From a virus (lineage: Duplodnaviria > Caudoviricetes): a stretch of DNA of 41,222 bases. Under the pieces are notes generated by a model. That model made no database searches and was not told the origin of the DNA. It saw only the letters and a list, made by a program, of their open reading frames with translations. A program made the translations under genes and the position numbers. The stretch spans positions 1 to 41,222 of the IMG/VR virus record IMGVR_UViG_3300027811_000086. One strand, written 5' to 3'. Of the stretch, positions 1-9,131 are shown piece after piece (positions within the stretch are counted from its first letter, which is position 1; each line of letters begins with the position of its first letter).

Positions 1-66
1 GTTTGGATTTGCCAGCCCGCTATTCGTACACAAAGGCTGTAATTAAATGAATTTAAATACATACGC

Positions 67-96
67 TTGACAACTCAGTTTTTTGATATTTAAATA
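67..96 (+). promoter_or_regulatory. Putative sigma70-type promoter driving the packaging operon (possibly leaderless mRNA)
   Basis: Perfect TTGACA at 67-72; TTAAAT at 90-95 after a 17-nt spacer; ATG at 103 with no clear Shine-Dalgarno. Confidence 0.55.
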
Positions 97-102
97 ACAG
101 GT

Positions 103-696
103 ATGAACGAACTTAAACCTTGGTTGGTTTCAAAACTTGAATTTGCAAAAGTGGCGCGTGTATCTCCTCCAGCGGTAACCTATTTGTCGCGCGGAAAATT
201 AAGTGGGGCGATGGTGGGGCGCGCGATTGATTTAAATCATCCGGACGTGCAAGAATATTTAAAAAGTCGTGCGGGGGTACCTACGCGGCAAAAACCGAAG
301 CGAATTGAAAAAGTCGAGGAGGAGCCGGTCGAGGAGGAGCAGGTCGAGGAGGAGCAGGTCGAGGAGGAGCCAGTCGAGGAAGCACCTCCACCTACGCAGG
401 TGAGGAGGGCGGCGACACCGCGGGAACAGGCCCAGACAGCGGCGATGCATTTACGCCTTGCGGAGCAGACGGGCCTGCTGGTTTCTCGCGGGCTTGTTGA
501 TCAAGTGTTTCGCGATATTCAAGAGGTGTTTTCGGATTTGCTGAAGACCCGCTCAGCGGTGTTAGCATTAGCGGTGTGCCGCGAACTCCAAAAAATGGAG
601 AGTATTCCAGCGGTGGAACTCGTTGTAAAAAAATGTTTTACCGAGATGTTGAATGATCTCGTTACTAAGGTCGCCGACGATGTCAAAAATTTCTGA
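103..696 (+). CDS. Terminase small subunit-like protein (Nu1-like, N-terminal HTH)
   Basis: N-terminal HTH-like VSKLEFAKVARVSPPAVT, acidic linker, C-terminal GLLVSRGLV helical segment typical of Nu1-type TerS; first gene upstream of a GpA-type terminase. Confidence 0.7.
   Translation: MNELKPWLVSKLEFAKVARVSPPAVTYLSRGKLSGAMVGRAIDLNHPDVQEYLKSRAGVPTRQKPKRIEKVEEEPVEEEQVEEEQVEEEPVEEAPPPTQVRRAATPREQAQTAAMHLRLAEQTGLLVSRGLVDQVFRDIQEVFSDLLKTRSAVLALAVCRELQKMESIPAVELVVKKCFTEMLNDLVTKVADDVKNF
313..384 (+). repeat. 15-bp tandem repeat (GTCGAGGAGGAGCNN, four full copies plus one partial) encoding a VEEEP/VEEEQ linker
   Basis: Copies start at 313, 328, 343, 358 and 373. Confidence 0.9.
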
Positions 697-1324
697 GGTT
701 ATTTCACAATATGGAAAAACTGTGAAGATACGTTGTCGCGGGGTTGAAACACGCGACTATCGTGTTCTGCGAGATTTGCAAGGCAGTTTAAAAACAACCG
801 ATCACAATAAAATTTTTCGATTGGCTGAATCGCTGTTGCGCTTTGGTTTGGTAAACCCGCTGCAGATCTGGGTTGACCCCGCTGGGCCGGTCTATTGTTT
901 TGATGCACACCATAGAAAAAAAGCACTAGAGTTGCTGGAACAGAACGGTGTAACTATCCCATTAGTTCCCGTGTCTTTTTGTTTAGCGGAAGATTTAATT
1001 ACGGCGAAGACATTACTTTTAGCGAAAGAATCTAAATACTCATGGATTGATATAAAAGGTGTTGAGGAATATTTGAATGAAATAAATTTAACACTAGATT
1101 TAGGTAGTGAGTATTTTGAATTACCGGCACTAGAATTTGAAGAAGAAAAGGGTAAAGAATTTTTTGATGACGAGGTAGACCTATCGGAGGAGGGAAAAAT
1201 AAAAGAAAAAGATGCATTTGTAAAAGTATCTATATTCTGCCATACCGATGTAAAAAAAGAAATAGTTCAGGATCTAAAAACATTAGAGCAGAAATATGGA
1301 CCTAATAGATTGAGGTTAGTATGA
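680..1324 (+). CDS. ParB/sulfiredoxin-like N-terminal domain protein
   Basis: LAESLLRFGLVNPLQIW...CFDAHHRKKAL matches the ParB-N signature (L..SI...G...P.......DGHHR..A); start moved to ATG 680 (AAGG upstream); ORF track starts at 653. Confidence 0.75.
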   Translation: MSKISEVISQYGKTVKIRCRGVETRDYRVLRDLQGSLKTTDHNKIFRLAESLLRFGLVNPLQIWVDPAGPVYCFDAHHRKKALELLEQNGVTIPLVPVSFCLAEDLITAKTLLLAKESKYSWIDIKGVEEYLNEINLTLDLGSEYFELPALEFEEEKGKEFFDDEVDLSEEGKIKEKDAFVKVSIFCHTDVKKEIVQDLKTLEQKYGPNRLRLV

Positions 1325-2718
1325 ACTATTGTACTGTTACATTTGGTGGGGGAGTTTCAACATTAGGAATGGCGGTTGTGAAAACAGCAATTGACCGCGA
1401 GCTTGAAAATAGAGTTAGCGGAATAGAGTGTCGCCCAACCGATGTAGAAACAATCAAGAACGCAGATATAATTTTTATTTCTCTTTTTTGGTTTGAGAAT
1501 ATTTTAGATTATTTTTCTTGGCTTGTAAAACTAGGAATAAATCCGGAGAACAGAAAACCATTATTAGTTATTGGAGGAATAAGTGCAATTAATGTACGGA
1601 TATTACATGGATATTTTCATTACTGTATTTTAGGAGATGGTGAAGTTACTGCTCCTGATTTTATACGAGCAATACTAGATGGTAGTGATCCTAAAGATTT
1701 GCCGGGTGTAATTAAAGATGGGGACTTTGATAGCATAAAAATAATGAGAACAAATCCAATTATCCCATCATCTAGTTATGTCGAGACGCGCGAGCATAGA
1801 ACAGCACGAATCGAGCTCGCGAGAGGATGTAGATTTAAATGTGCGTTTTGCCAATTGGGAAATATAAAACCTTATCGCGAACAGCCGATAGAGGTTGTGG
1901 AATATTTATTGAAACAAGCGCCTACACGTAATGTGGGGTTGTTTGCGCCCGATAGGACGGGCTATTCTGGTTTCGATCGGTTAGAAGAGACATGTCGGCG
2001 ATTAGGAAAAATAAACACGGCCGAGGATACGCGGCTCGATATGCTCTTGAAGAAAACGAAAATATCCAAAGTTAAATTCGGGATAGAGGGATTTTCGGAA
2101 AGGTCACGAAAACGTTTTAAAAAACTTGCAAGCAATGAACAAATTTTGCAGGGGTTTAATCACATTTTTAATGTGTTAAGAACGCCTAAAGGGAAACCTA
2201 TTACATATGCTACGGTGTATATGATTGGAGATTTGCCGGGAGAGACATATGATGATTGGCAAGATTTTTGGGATCTGTTACGAAGAATAGATAATCTTTG
2301 TAAATCTACATTTATGATTTATTTTACTTTAAATTCGTTTGCTGCAAAGTCATTCACGCCAATGGAACGAGAAGGAATTAAACCGTACAATGATTGGGGT
2401 AAGCTCTGGAAGAATATCCCGAGGCTCCCGCACATACAAATAGCAGTGCGCGGAGGAATGTTAGGGCCTGCCAATCGCATCATTCACGGGGTGTGTTTGA
2501 GAGGAGATGAAAGGTTAACTAAATTTCTTTTTTATATAGCGACAAAAGGAAGAAAAATTTTCAAAAGTCCTAGTGCGGAAGCAGGTAGAGCGGTCGAAAA
2601 ACTAATTCAAAAATGCGGAGTAGATTCAAAAATAATGTATGAGGAATTACCAGAAGGTTATTTTTTGCCTCATGGTAATTTAATAATAGAGCCTTTAGAT
2701 GAAAATAAAACTGTCTGA
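1321..2718 (+). CDS. Radical SAM enzyme with N-terminal B12-binding-like domain
   Basis: ELARGCRFKCAFC gives the CxxxCxxC motif (1828-1851); upstream VIGG...LGDGE and downstream FGIEG and MIGDLPGET motifs typical of B12-domain radical SAM families. Confidence 0.85.
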   Translation: MNYCTVTFGGGVSTLGMAVVKTAIDRELENRVSGIECRPTDVETIKNADIIFISLFWFENILDYFSWLVKLGINPENRKPLLVIGGISAINVRILHGYFHYCILGDGEVTAPDFIRAILDGSDPKDLPGVIKDGDFDSIKIMRTNPIIPSSSYVETREHRTARIELARGCRFKCAFCQLGNIKPYREQPIEVVEYLLKQAPTRNVGLFAPDRTGYSGFDRLEETCRRLGKINTAEDTRLDMLLKKTKISKVKFGIEGFSERSRKRFKKLASNEQILQGFNHIFNVLRTPKGKPITYATVYMIGDLPGETYDDWQDFWDLLRRIDNLCKSTFMIYFTLNSFAAKSFTPMEREGIKPYNDWGKLWKNIPRLPHIQIAVRGGMLGPANRIIHGVCLRGDERLTKFLFYIATKGRKIFKSPSAEAGRAVEKLIQKCGVDSKIMYEELPEGYFLPHGNLIIEPLDENKTV

Positions 2719-3187
2719 TACACAGATTGCTAATATGAAAACCTATCTAATAGATAGGATACAATCGTTACGCGCTGGTATTCAAACATCAGAAAAAAAT
2801 ACAAGCATATCCTCAGATGTAAGAGCAATTTTAGATTTGACGTTGCGTGAAATACTAGATCATTTTGGAACTAAGCAGCAATTTAAAGATTGGATTAAAT
2901 CAATTAGAGATATTGAAGCGATTCACTTGCTCCAAGTAGATACGGCAATTAAAGAAGGTTTTTGGGTATCAAAAGATTTAGTTATGAGAGGAGTAGTCGA
3001 GCCGTTTACTACAGCGCATATACGGATGCTCACTGATGGGTCTAAAACACTGGCGCGGAGAATTGCCGCGATGACTAGCGCTGGCCGGGATATTAAAGAA
3101 TGCGAAGTTTTTGCGGAAGAATGTATCAAAGGATTCATTCAAACTGCAAAGAAGCGCGCCTTAGAAGCACTAGGTTGCAATGAATGA
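2699..3187 (+). CDS. Second terminase small subunit-like protein (C-terminal helical region only, no HTH)
   Basis: LTLREILDHFGT..F.DW..EGFWVSKDLV..HIRMLTDGSKTLARRI resembles the TerS C-terminal half and the C-terminus of 103-696; overlaps the TerL start. Confidence 0.6.
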   Translation: MKIKLSDTQIANMKTYLIDRIQSLRAGIQTSEKNTSISSDVRAILDLTLREILDHFGTKQQFKDWIKSIRDIEAIHLLQVDTAIKEGFWVSKDLVMRGVVEPFTTAHIRMLTDGSKTLARRIAAMTSAGRDIKECEVFAEECIKGFIQTAKKRALEALGCNE

Positions 3188-5150
3188 GAACGTAATTGAG
3201 ATGGGGCGAGGATGGCTTGTAAATATTGTTCGCGCATTTATTGAAGAAACATTTTCTGTAAAGCCATCTATATTTTCAGAGCGACATCGATACTTGCCTG
3301 AGTCCGTGTCACCTATGCCAGGGCCAATGCGCTGGGATATTAATCCATTCATGCGAGAGATTGTCGACTGCTTTGACGTTGATAGCCCTATACGTGAGGT
3401 CAACCTCAAAAAAGGCGTACAGATCACATACACAACGCTATTGGAGAGTGGAATACTTTACTTTATGGCGCATGTGAAAACGCTGCCGCTCATGTATATT
3501 ACAGCAGATCAAGAGCTTGCTGCGGCGCGTATTGATGGGAATATTATTCCAATGATTAATCATTCCGGGTTTGCTCATATTGTTAGATCAAGTGATGCGA
3601 CGAGCACGCGCAAAACAGGTAAAACAAAAAGTCATATCCAATGGGAAGGCGGGGGTTATTTGATTCCGGGCGGCGCGATAAACGCAAATAAAATGAGGCA
3701 ACATAGTATTGCGGTGATGCTTAAGGATGAGATTGATGCCTGGCCCGAGACGGTTGGAAAGGATGGCGACCCAGACGCGCTGACCGACGCGCGCTGCGCG
3801 GCGTATTTTGAGCAACGAAAAATATTTCGAGGAAGCACGCCTTTAATTAAAGGGATAAGCAAAATTGAAAAGCAATATTTACGGGGAGATCAAAGAAAAT
3901 ATTTAGTATGCTGCCTCGCATGTGGATTTGCGCAAGAGCTTAGGTGGAGCGGACGCAACGAAATCACGCGAAAAGATTTTGGGATGAAGTGGGAATTAGA
4001 TAGTGATGGGATGTTGGTGATTGATGCAGTGCGCTATGTTTGTGCTAATTGTGGTCACGAGCATTTTGAGTGTGATAAAGAAGTGTTATTTGCAACAGAT
4101 CATGGAGCACACTGGGAGCCAACAGCGCGGGCAGTGGAGCCTTTTATTCGGTCGTATCATTTGCCAGCAATGTATTCACCGCTCGGGATGCAGCCGTGGT
4201 ACAAGTGTGTTTCGCTTTATTTAGAGGCGTTCGACCCGATAAATAAAAAAGCGCGGGATATTGGAAAGCTCCGCGTGTTTTACAACAACATTTTAGCGGA
4301 GCCGTTTGAAGAAGTAGGAGAGAAAATTTTATTTATTGCAGTATCGGCGCATCGGCGATCGTGCTATCGGCTTGGCAGTATTCCAAATCAATATGCCAAG
4401 CAGTATTCGGGCGGACCTATTTTGTTTTTGACATGCCAGGTTGACCTTCACAAAAACAATCTCGCAGTCGCAATAATTGGTTGGACAATAGACGCGCGGA
4501 GTTATTTGATTGATTATTGGCGATTGGAAGATGATAGCGAGAACGGTTGCGAGAGTTTGGGTTCGCCTGTTTGGGTACAATTGAGAAAAATAATTGAGGA
4601 AAAAAAATACAAAGCGGACGATGGTGTTGAGTACGGTATTCTTTTTACGCTTGTCGACGCAGGCCATGCAAACGACACAGTGTCGACTTTTTGTGCTGAA
4701 TACGAGGCGGGGGTTTACCCAATATTAGGGCGGTCGCGAACGGCGCGTAATCAACGGATAAGTGAGTTTGCGGAATTTAAGACGCAGGTTGGCGGGGTAG
4801 GCTACCGCATCTTAGTTGACCACTACAAGGATCGGTTGGCGCCGGTGCTGCGACGCGAATGGATGGAAGAGAGCGGCCTGCAGGAGCGCTACCACTTTAA
4901 TGCGCCGATTGATTTACCGGACAAAGCACTCAAAGAGCTCACCGTGGAGCGCAAGCGCGAAGTGCGAAACGAGAAGGGAGAGATTTCCTACGAGTGGTAT
5001 CGTCCGGGGAATTCACCAAACGAACTTTGGGATCTGCTGAACTACGGCCACGCGGCAATCGATATCCTGGCGTGGTCGATCTGCGTGAAATACTACCAGC
5101 TCGAGACGGTAGACTGGCCGAGATTTTGGGATCATTTCATTGGGCGTTGA
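3180..5150 (+). CDS. Terminase large subunit, lambda GpA family
   Basis: PGP...NPFMREIVD, KKGVQITYT (Walker A variant), MLKDEID (Walker B), GSTP, GDQRKY, Zn-binding CxxC pairs, nuclease motifs QVD, VDAG and NELWDL. Confidence 0.93.
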   Translation: MNENVIEMGRGWLVNIVRAFIEETFSVKPSIFSERHRYLPESVSPMPGPMRWDINPFMREIVDCFDVDSPIREVNLKKGVQITYTTLLESGILYFMAHVKTLPLMYITADQELAAARIDGNIIPMINHSGFAHIVRSSDATSTRKTGKTKSHIQWEGGGYLIPGGAINANKMRQHSIAVMLKDEIDAWPETVGKDGDPDALTDARCAAYFEQRKIFRGSTPLIKGISKIEKQYLRGDQRKYLVCCLACGFAQELRWSGRNEITRKDFGMKWELDSDGMLVIDAVRYVCANCGHEHFECDKEVLFATDHGAHWEPTARAVEPFIRSYHLPAMYSPLGMQPWYKCVSLYLEAFDPINKKARDIGKLRVFYNNILAEPFEEVGEKILFIAVSAHRRSCYRLGSIPNQYAKQYSGGPILFLTCQVDLHKNNLAVAIIGWTIDARSYLIDYWRLEDDSENGCESLGSPVWVQLRKIIEEKKYKADDGVEYGILFTLVDAGHANDTVSTFCAEYEAGVYPILGRSRTARNQRISEFAEFKTQVGGVGYRILVDHYKDRLAPVLRREWMEESGLQERYHFNAPIDLPDKALKELTVERKREVRNEKGEISYEWYRPGNSPNELWDLLNYGHAAIDILAWSICVKYYQLETVDWPRFWDHFIGR

Positions 5151-5185
5151 GGCCTCTAGGCGGCGACTGCCCGATCATTTTTTTC

Positions 5186-5215
5186 TTGACAAATTATTTT
5201 TTCGGTCTCCAAGCT
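5186..5215 (+). promoter_or_regulatory. Putative promoter for head genes (possibly leaderless mRNA)
   Basis: TTGACA at 5186-5191 preceded by a T-tract; weak -10 CAAGCT at 5210-5215; ATG at 5221 without SD. Confidence 0.5.
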
Positions 5216-5220
5216 TATAC

Positions 5221-5472
5221 ATGGATGTTATTTTTTTACAGGCCCGTATTCTGGCAACGCAAAATCTTATCATTGTTTTGGAGACAGCACTGCTCACGCT
5301 ATCGAGCGGCTCGACGCAGTCGTTTACTCTCGACACGGGGCAGACCCGCCAGTCCGTGACAAAAAAGGACACGCCTAGTATTCAGGCCTCGCTTGATAGT
5401 GCCTACAACCTGCTCGCAACGCTGGAGGCGCGGCTTTATGGCAGCGCCGGCCAGGCGCGTCCGGGCTGGTAA
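5221..5472 (+). CDS. Head-tail joining protein, gpW-like
   Basis: 83 aa between terminase and portal; helix, QSFTLDTGQTRQSVT hairpin, helix pattern as in gpW; ATG 5221 preferred to the track start at 5140. Confidence 0.75.
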   Translation: MDVIFLQARILATQNLIIVLETALLTLSSGSTQSFTLDTGQTRQSVTKKDTPSIQASLDSAYNLLATLEARLYGSAGQARPGW

Positions 5473-7068
5473 ATGGGGATACTATCGCGCATATTTAAGA
5501 GCAGGCCGCCAGCGCAAACCGGACTATCAGTAAGGACGCTGCCCCGGGGGGAGATCACTGCGGCGGCGATAGTGCCGCCGACCGAGGAAATAGGGCCATG
5601 GGCAGGGGATAAATACCACGGGGGTTTCGGCCCGACGCAGCTTTTGACAATGGACTATTGGTCGCTGAGAGAGCGGTCGGCAGAACTCTTCCGCACGAAT
5701 TTATACGCGCGAGGACTTCTTCGTCGCCTCCTGACAAACGAAATAAACACGGGTTTGACGCTCGAGGCTCTGCCCGATGAGAGTGTGCTCGGTGTGCCCG
5801 AGGACAGTTTAAGCGATTGGAGCGAAGCGGTTGAAAATCGCTTCAATATTTGGGCGCGTGATCCCGACCTTTGTGATTTTGAAGGGCGACGAACGTTTGG
5901 CGAAATACAAAGGCAGATGCGACTTGAAGCATTGATTTCCGGTGATGTGCTAGTAGTACTTGATCAGTCACGAATGACAGGACTTCCGCGTGTGCGAATC
6001 ATAAACGGCGCGCACGTTTGTACACCTCTACAAGGCATCATGGATCCCTTGATTCGCGAGGGCGTCGAGCACGACAGCGGGGGGCGTCAGATCGCATACT
6101 GGGTGCAGCAGGCGGATGGCACAATCAAGAGGGTCTCTGCGTACGGGCCGCGATCAGGCCGGCGAATCGCGTGGTTGGTTTATGGCACTGAGAAGCGCCT
6201 CGACGACGTGCGAGGGGAGCCAATTCTTTCTCTCGTTCTGCAATCGCTGAAAGAGATTGACCGTTATCGAGACTCGGCTTTGCGGAAGGCAGTCCTTAAT
6301 TCAATCCTCGCGATGTTCATCCAAAAAGACGAAGCGAAGCCCGGGACGTTACCTATAACAGGCGGTGCGATTCGCCGTAATTCTGTGTCAACTGGTGACT
6401 CAACAAACGCCGTTCGAAAATTCAATATCACCGAGCACATTCCGGGGATGGTGATTGAGGAGTTGCAGGTCGGCGAGCGCCCCGTGCCTCACAGTACCGC
6501 GGGTACAGATGTGAATTTTGGCCCATTTGAAACAGCGATTATTGACGCGATCGCCTGGGCGAATGAGATTCCTCCTGCGATTCTTAAGCTTGCATTTTCG
6601 TCAAACTATTCCGCAAGCCAAGGCGAAATCAATGAATTTAAAATGTATTTAAACAAAGTAAGAAATATTCTTGGTGAATCTTTTTTACAACCGATTTATG
6701 TTGAATGGCTTTTAAGCGAAATCCTTCGTGGGAAAGTATTGTCTCCGGGATTTTTAGAGGCGTGGCGCGATCCGCAGCAATATGATATTTGGGGCGCGTG
6801 GACGGGGAGCAATTGGAGCGGCGTGGTAAAGCCAAGCACGGATGCGCTTAAGCAGGCGAACGGTTTTGCGGCGATGGTAAAAGAGGGGTGGATGACGAAT
6901 GCCCAGGCGACGAAAGAATTGAACGGCAGTAATTGGCGTAAGAACATTAAAAAACTTCGTCGCGAAAACGAATTGAAAGCAGAAGCAATGCCCGTGCAGG
7001 TTGTTGAGGAACCCGCGGGGATGCCTTTCGAAGAGCCTTTGGAGGAAGATAATGTGGCTATTAGCTGA
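5473..7068 (+). CDS. Portal protein, lambda family
   Basis: LRERSAELFRTNLYARG, GVEHD..GRQIAY, VRGEP, FSSNYSAS motifs; synteny. Confidence 0.93.
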   Translation: MGILSRIFKSRPPAQTGLSVRTLPRGEITAAAIVPPTEEIGPWAGDKYHGGFGPTQLLTMDYWSLRERSAELFRTNLYARGLLRRLLTNEINTGLTLEALPDESVLGVPEDSLSDWSEAVENRFNIWARDPDLCDFEGRRTFGEIQRQMRLEALISGDVLVVLDQSRMTGLPRVRIINGAHVCTPLQGIMDPLIREGVEHDSGGRQIAYWVQQADGTIKRVSAYGPRSGRRIAWLVYGTEKRLDDVRGEPILSLVLQSLKEIDRYRDSALRKAVLNSILAMFIQKDEAKPGTLPITGGAIRRNSVSTGDSTNAVRKFNITEHIPGMVIEELQVGERPVPHSTAGTDVNFGPFETAIIDAIAWANEIPPAILKLAFSSNYSASQGEINEFKMYLNKVRNILGESFLQPIYVEWLLSEILRGKVLSPGFLEAWRDPQQYDIWGAWTGSNWSGVVKPSTDALKQANGFAAMVKEGWMTNAQATKELNGSNWRKNIKKLRRENELKAEAMPVQVVEEPAGMPFEEPLEEDNVAIS

Positions 7069-8161
7069 TCACATAAGAGTACAAATAGAACATGCACAAG
7101 CCGCTGGTATGGTAATCAATACAGCATCAAGTTTTTCACCCGAAAAAGTAGGTGTTGTTGGAAATAAAATGATAATTCCTATCGATGGGATTTTGACACA
7201 AAAACCTAATTTACTAGCCGCTTTTTTTGGTGGAGGTAATTTTCTTTATTCGGATTTAATTACAACAATCGCCGCAGCAAATGAAGATCCTTTAGTAGAA
7301 AGTATTGAGCTTATTGTGGGGGACTCTCCAGGGGGAGAAGTAGTAGGGCTTATTCAAGCAATGGATGCAATACGCGATTCTAAAAAGCCCGTGGATGCAG
7401 TTGTCAACTACGCAGCTTTATCAGCGACATATGGGCTGGTCAGTCAGGCCAGAACAATTATAGCCGACAGTCGTGCAACACAATTAGGGTCAATTGGAAT
7501 TGCGTATGATACCACTATGCGAGAAGATGAAATACATTTGACAAATTCAGAATCGCCTAATAAACGGCCTGATTTAACAACGGATGCAGGGCGGCAAGTT
7601 GTTCGTGCACAGTTAGATGAGATGTATAATTTATTTGCAAAGGCGATTGCTACTGGACGCAAAACAACGTTGCGCGGGGTAGATGAAAAATTTGGCAAGG
7701 GTGCAATTGTGCTTGCAGAGCAGGCATTAAAAGCAGGAATGATCGATAGCATTAAGGCTAACGATGCATTAGATAAACCGACCGCTAAGGCGGCAAACAG
7801 GGAGAGGTCACAGATGGACCTGAATCAATTGAAAGCCGAGCATCCCGACGTGTACGCGGCGGCGGTGGCTCTCGGCCAAAAGAGTGAGCGCGATCGGGTG
7901 TGTGCTCATTTGACTCTGGGTAAAACATCCGGCGACATGGAAACCGCGCTCAAGGCGATTGCGGACGGCGCGGAGATGACTGCGACTTTGACCGCGACAT
8001 ATCTTGCCGCGGGAATGAAGCAGGCGGCGATCAATGCGCGTGCGGCCGACAATCAGAATCTTGCGATTGAGCCCGAGACAGCCGATCGCAATTCTTTCAG
8101 TGCGCAAATTGCCAAGCAGCTTAGCGCGCGCACCGAAGAGGAGGGCTTGATCAATGAGTAA
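7052..8161 (+). CDS. Prohead protease (peptidase S49) with C-terminal scaffold domain
   Basis: DSPGGEV, ALSATY (catalytic Ser), GSIG, A...GMID; GGAGG SD at 7041-7045 supports ATG 7052. Confidence 0.9.
   Translation: MWLLADHIRVQIEHAQAAGMVINTASSFSPEKVGVVGNKMIIPIDGILTQKPNLLAAFFGGGNFLYSDLITTIAAANEDPLVESIELIVGDSPGGEVVGLIQAMDAIRDSKKPVDAVVNYAALSATYGLVSQARTIIADSRATQLGSIGIAYDTTMREDEIHLTNSESPNKRPDLTTDAGRQVVRAQLDEMYNLFAKAIATGRKTTLRGVDEKFGKGAIVLAEQALKAGMIDSIKANDALDKPTAKAANRERSQMDLNQLKAEHPDVYAAAVALGQKSERDRVCAHLTLGKTSGDMETALKAIADGAEMTATLTATYLAAGMKQAAINARAADNQNLAIEPETADRNSFSAQIAKQLSARTEEEGLINE
7814..8161 (+). CDS. Nested in-frame scaffolding protein (lambda Nu3 analogue)
   Basis: In-frame ATG 7814 preceded by GGAGAGG (7801-7807); product MDLNQLKAEHPDVYAA..ERDRV is scaffold-like. 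Confidence 0.6.
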   Translation: MDLNQLKAEHPDVYAAAVALGQKSERDRVCAHLTLGKTSGDMETALKAIADGAEMTATLTATYLAAGMKQAAINARAADNQNLAIEPETADRNSFSAQIAKQLSARTEEEGLINE

Positions 8162-9122
8162 TCTCACAATCACAAACAACGATCTCGGTAGTTTGATTCA
8201 CGCTTCTGGTGTGTTTCGACCCGAAACATTAGCGCTCATCGGCGCGCAGACAGTGCCGGCCGGCCGCATTCTCGCGAGAGATAGCGTTTCTGGAAAACTG
8301 GTCAACTACGTGCCAGGCGGCGCCGCATTGAAGTCGACGGGAAATGGCCCATTTAATTTGGCGAACGGACAGACAATCATTCTCGACGTGAATAATGTTG
8401 GGCCGGTGACGACGACGGTGGCAGCAACGGCGGCAACTATTACGGATACCACCGCGTATCCGTGTGCAGATCAAACCGGATTGACCATGACGATCACGCT
8501 GACTGGCGGCCCTTATTCCGGCGAAGTGCAGACGATCACATTTGGTACGGCTACGACGGCGGCGCTGATTGCATCGTTTATCAATGCACAAGCGCGTGGA
8601 GTTAAGGCGTCTGTTTCTGGCGGGCAAGTTCTCCTCACGCATGACGGCTGTGGAAGTGTGATGCGTATAGCTTGCGGCGCTGGTACGGGCGGCCTCACTT
8701 GGGCTGCGCAAGTAGTGGGGACTGGCAATGTGACAGACGAAAATGCAGTCACCGCGACCGAAATCAAGACGATGGTTGAGCTCGCGACGGCGGCAGATCT
8801 CACTGTCGTCGGCACGGCGGCTGTTTTCAAAGCAACTACCGAGCTCGACTTTCAGGCATCGACGGCGCTTGCCGCTTTGGGTCTTTCCGTGGAGGTGATC
8901 ACGGCGAATGAAAACGGAATTCCAAAAGCGGTCATGCCGTACGAACTCGCGGGGGCGAATGGCGACAACGCGATTCGCGCGTTGATTGGTGGAGAGGTGG
9001 AGCTTGATCGGTTGTCGACGGCGGACGGATCGACGATCACGCTGGTAATTCAAGATTTACTAAGGGATTATGGAATTGTCCCTGTTACCGTGCAAGAGCT
9101 CGGCGCTCTTGATAACCAATAA
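8154..9122 (+). CDS. Head decoration protein (gpD-like) with a large inserted domain
   Basis: N-terminal GRILARDSVSGKLV and C-terminal GIPKAV..LRDYGI match gpD-like halves; lies between protease and capsid; 322 aa. Confidence 0.7.
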   Translation: MSNLTITNNDLGSLIHASGVFRPETLALIGAQTVPAGRILARDSVSGKLVNYVPGGAALKSTGNGPFNLANGQTIILDVNNVGPVTTTVAATAATITDTTAYPCADQTGLTMTITLTGGPYSGEVQTITFGTATTAALIASFINAQARGVKASVSGGQVLLTHDGCGSVMRIACGAGTGGLTWAAQVVGTGNVTDENAVTATEIKTMVELATAADLTVVGTAAVFKATTELDFQASTALAALGLSVEVITANENGIPKAVMPYELAGANGDNAIRALIGGEVELDRLSTADGSTITLVIQDLLRDYGIVPVTVQELGALDNQ

Positions 9123-9131
9123 GGAGTACAA

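Noticed and set aside
51-96. Two ATTTAAAT palindromes (51-58, 88-95) as operators or a cos element
   Set aside because: Short AT-only palindromes in an AT-rich stretch arise easily by chance; no supporting evidence
313-384. 15-bp tandem repeat as a regulatory or guide array
   Set aside because: In frame, has no spacers, and encodes an acidic linker
3405-3437. Terminase Walker A lacking GKT as a sign of inactivation
   Set aside because: GpA-family terminases have a deviant Walker A (lambda KSARVGYS); the other motifs are intact
8229-9053. Long antisense ORFs (e.g. 8229-9053, 10288-10932, 27007-27534, 33278-33823)
   Set aside because: Shadows of well-supported genes on the opposite strand, with no motifs or RBS
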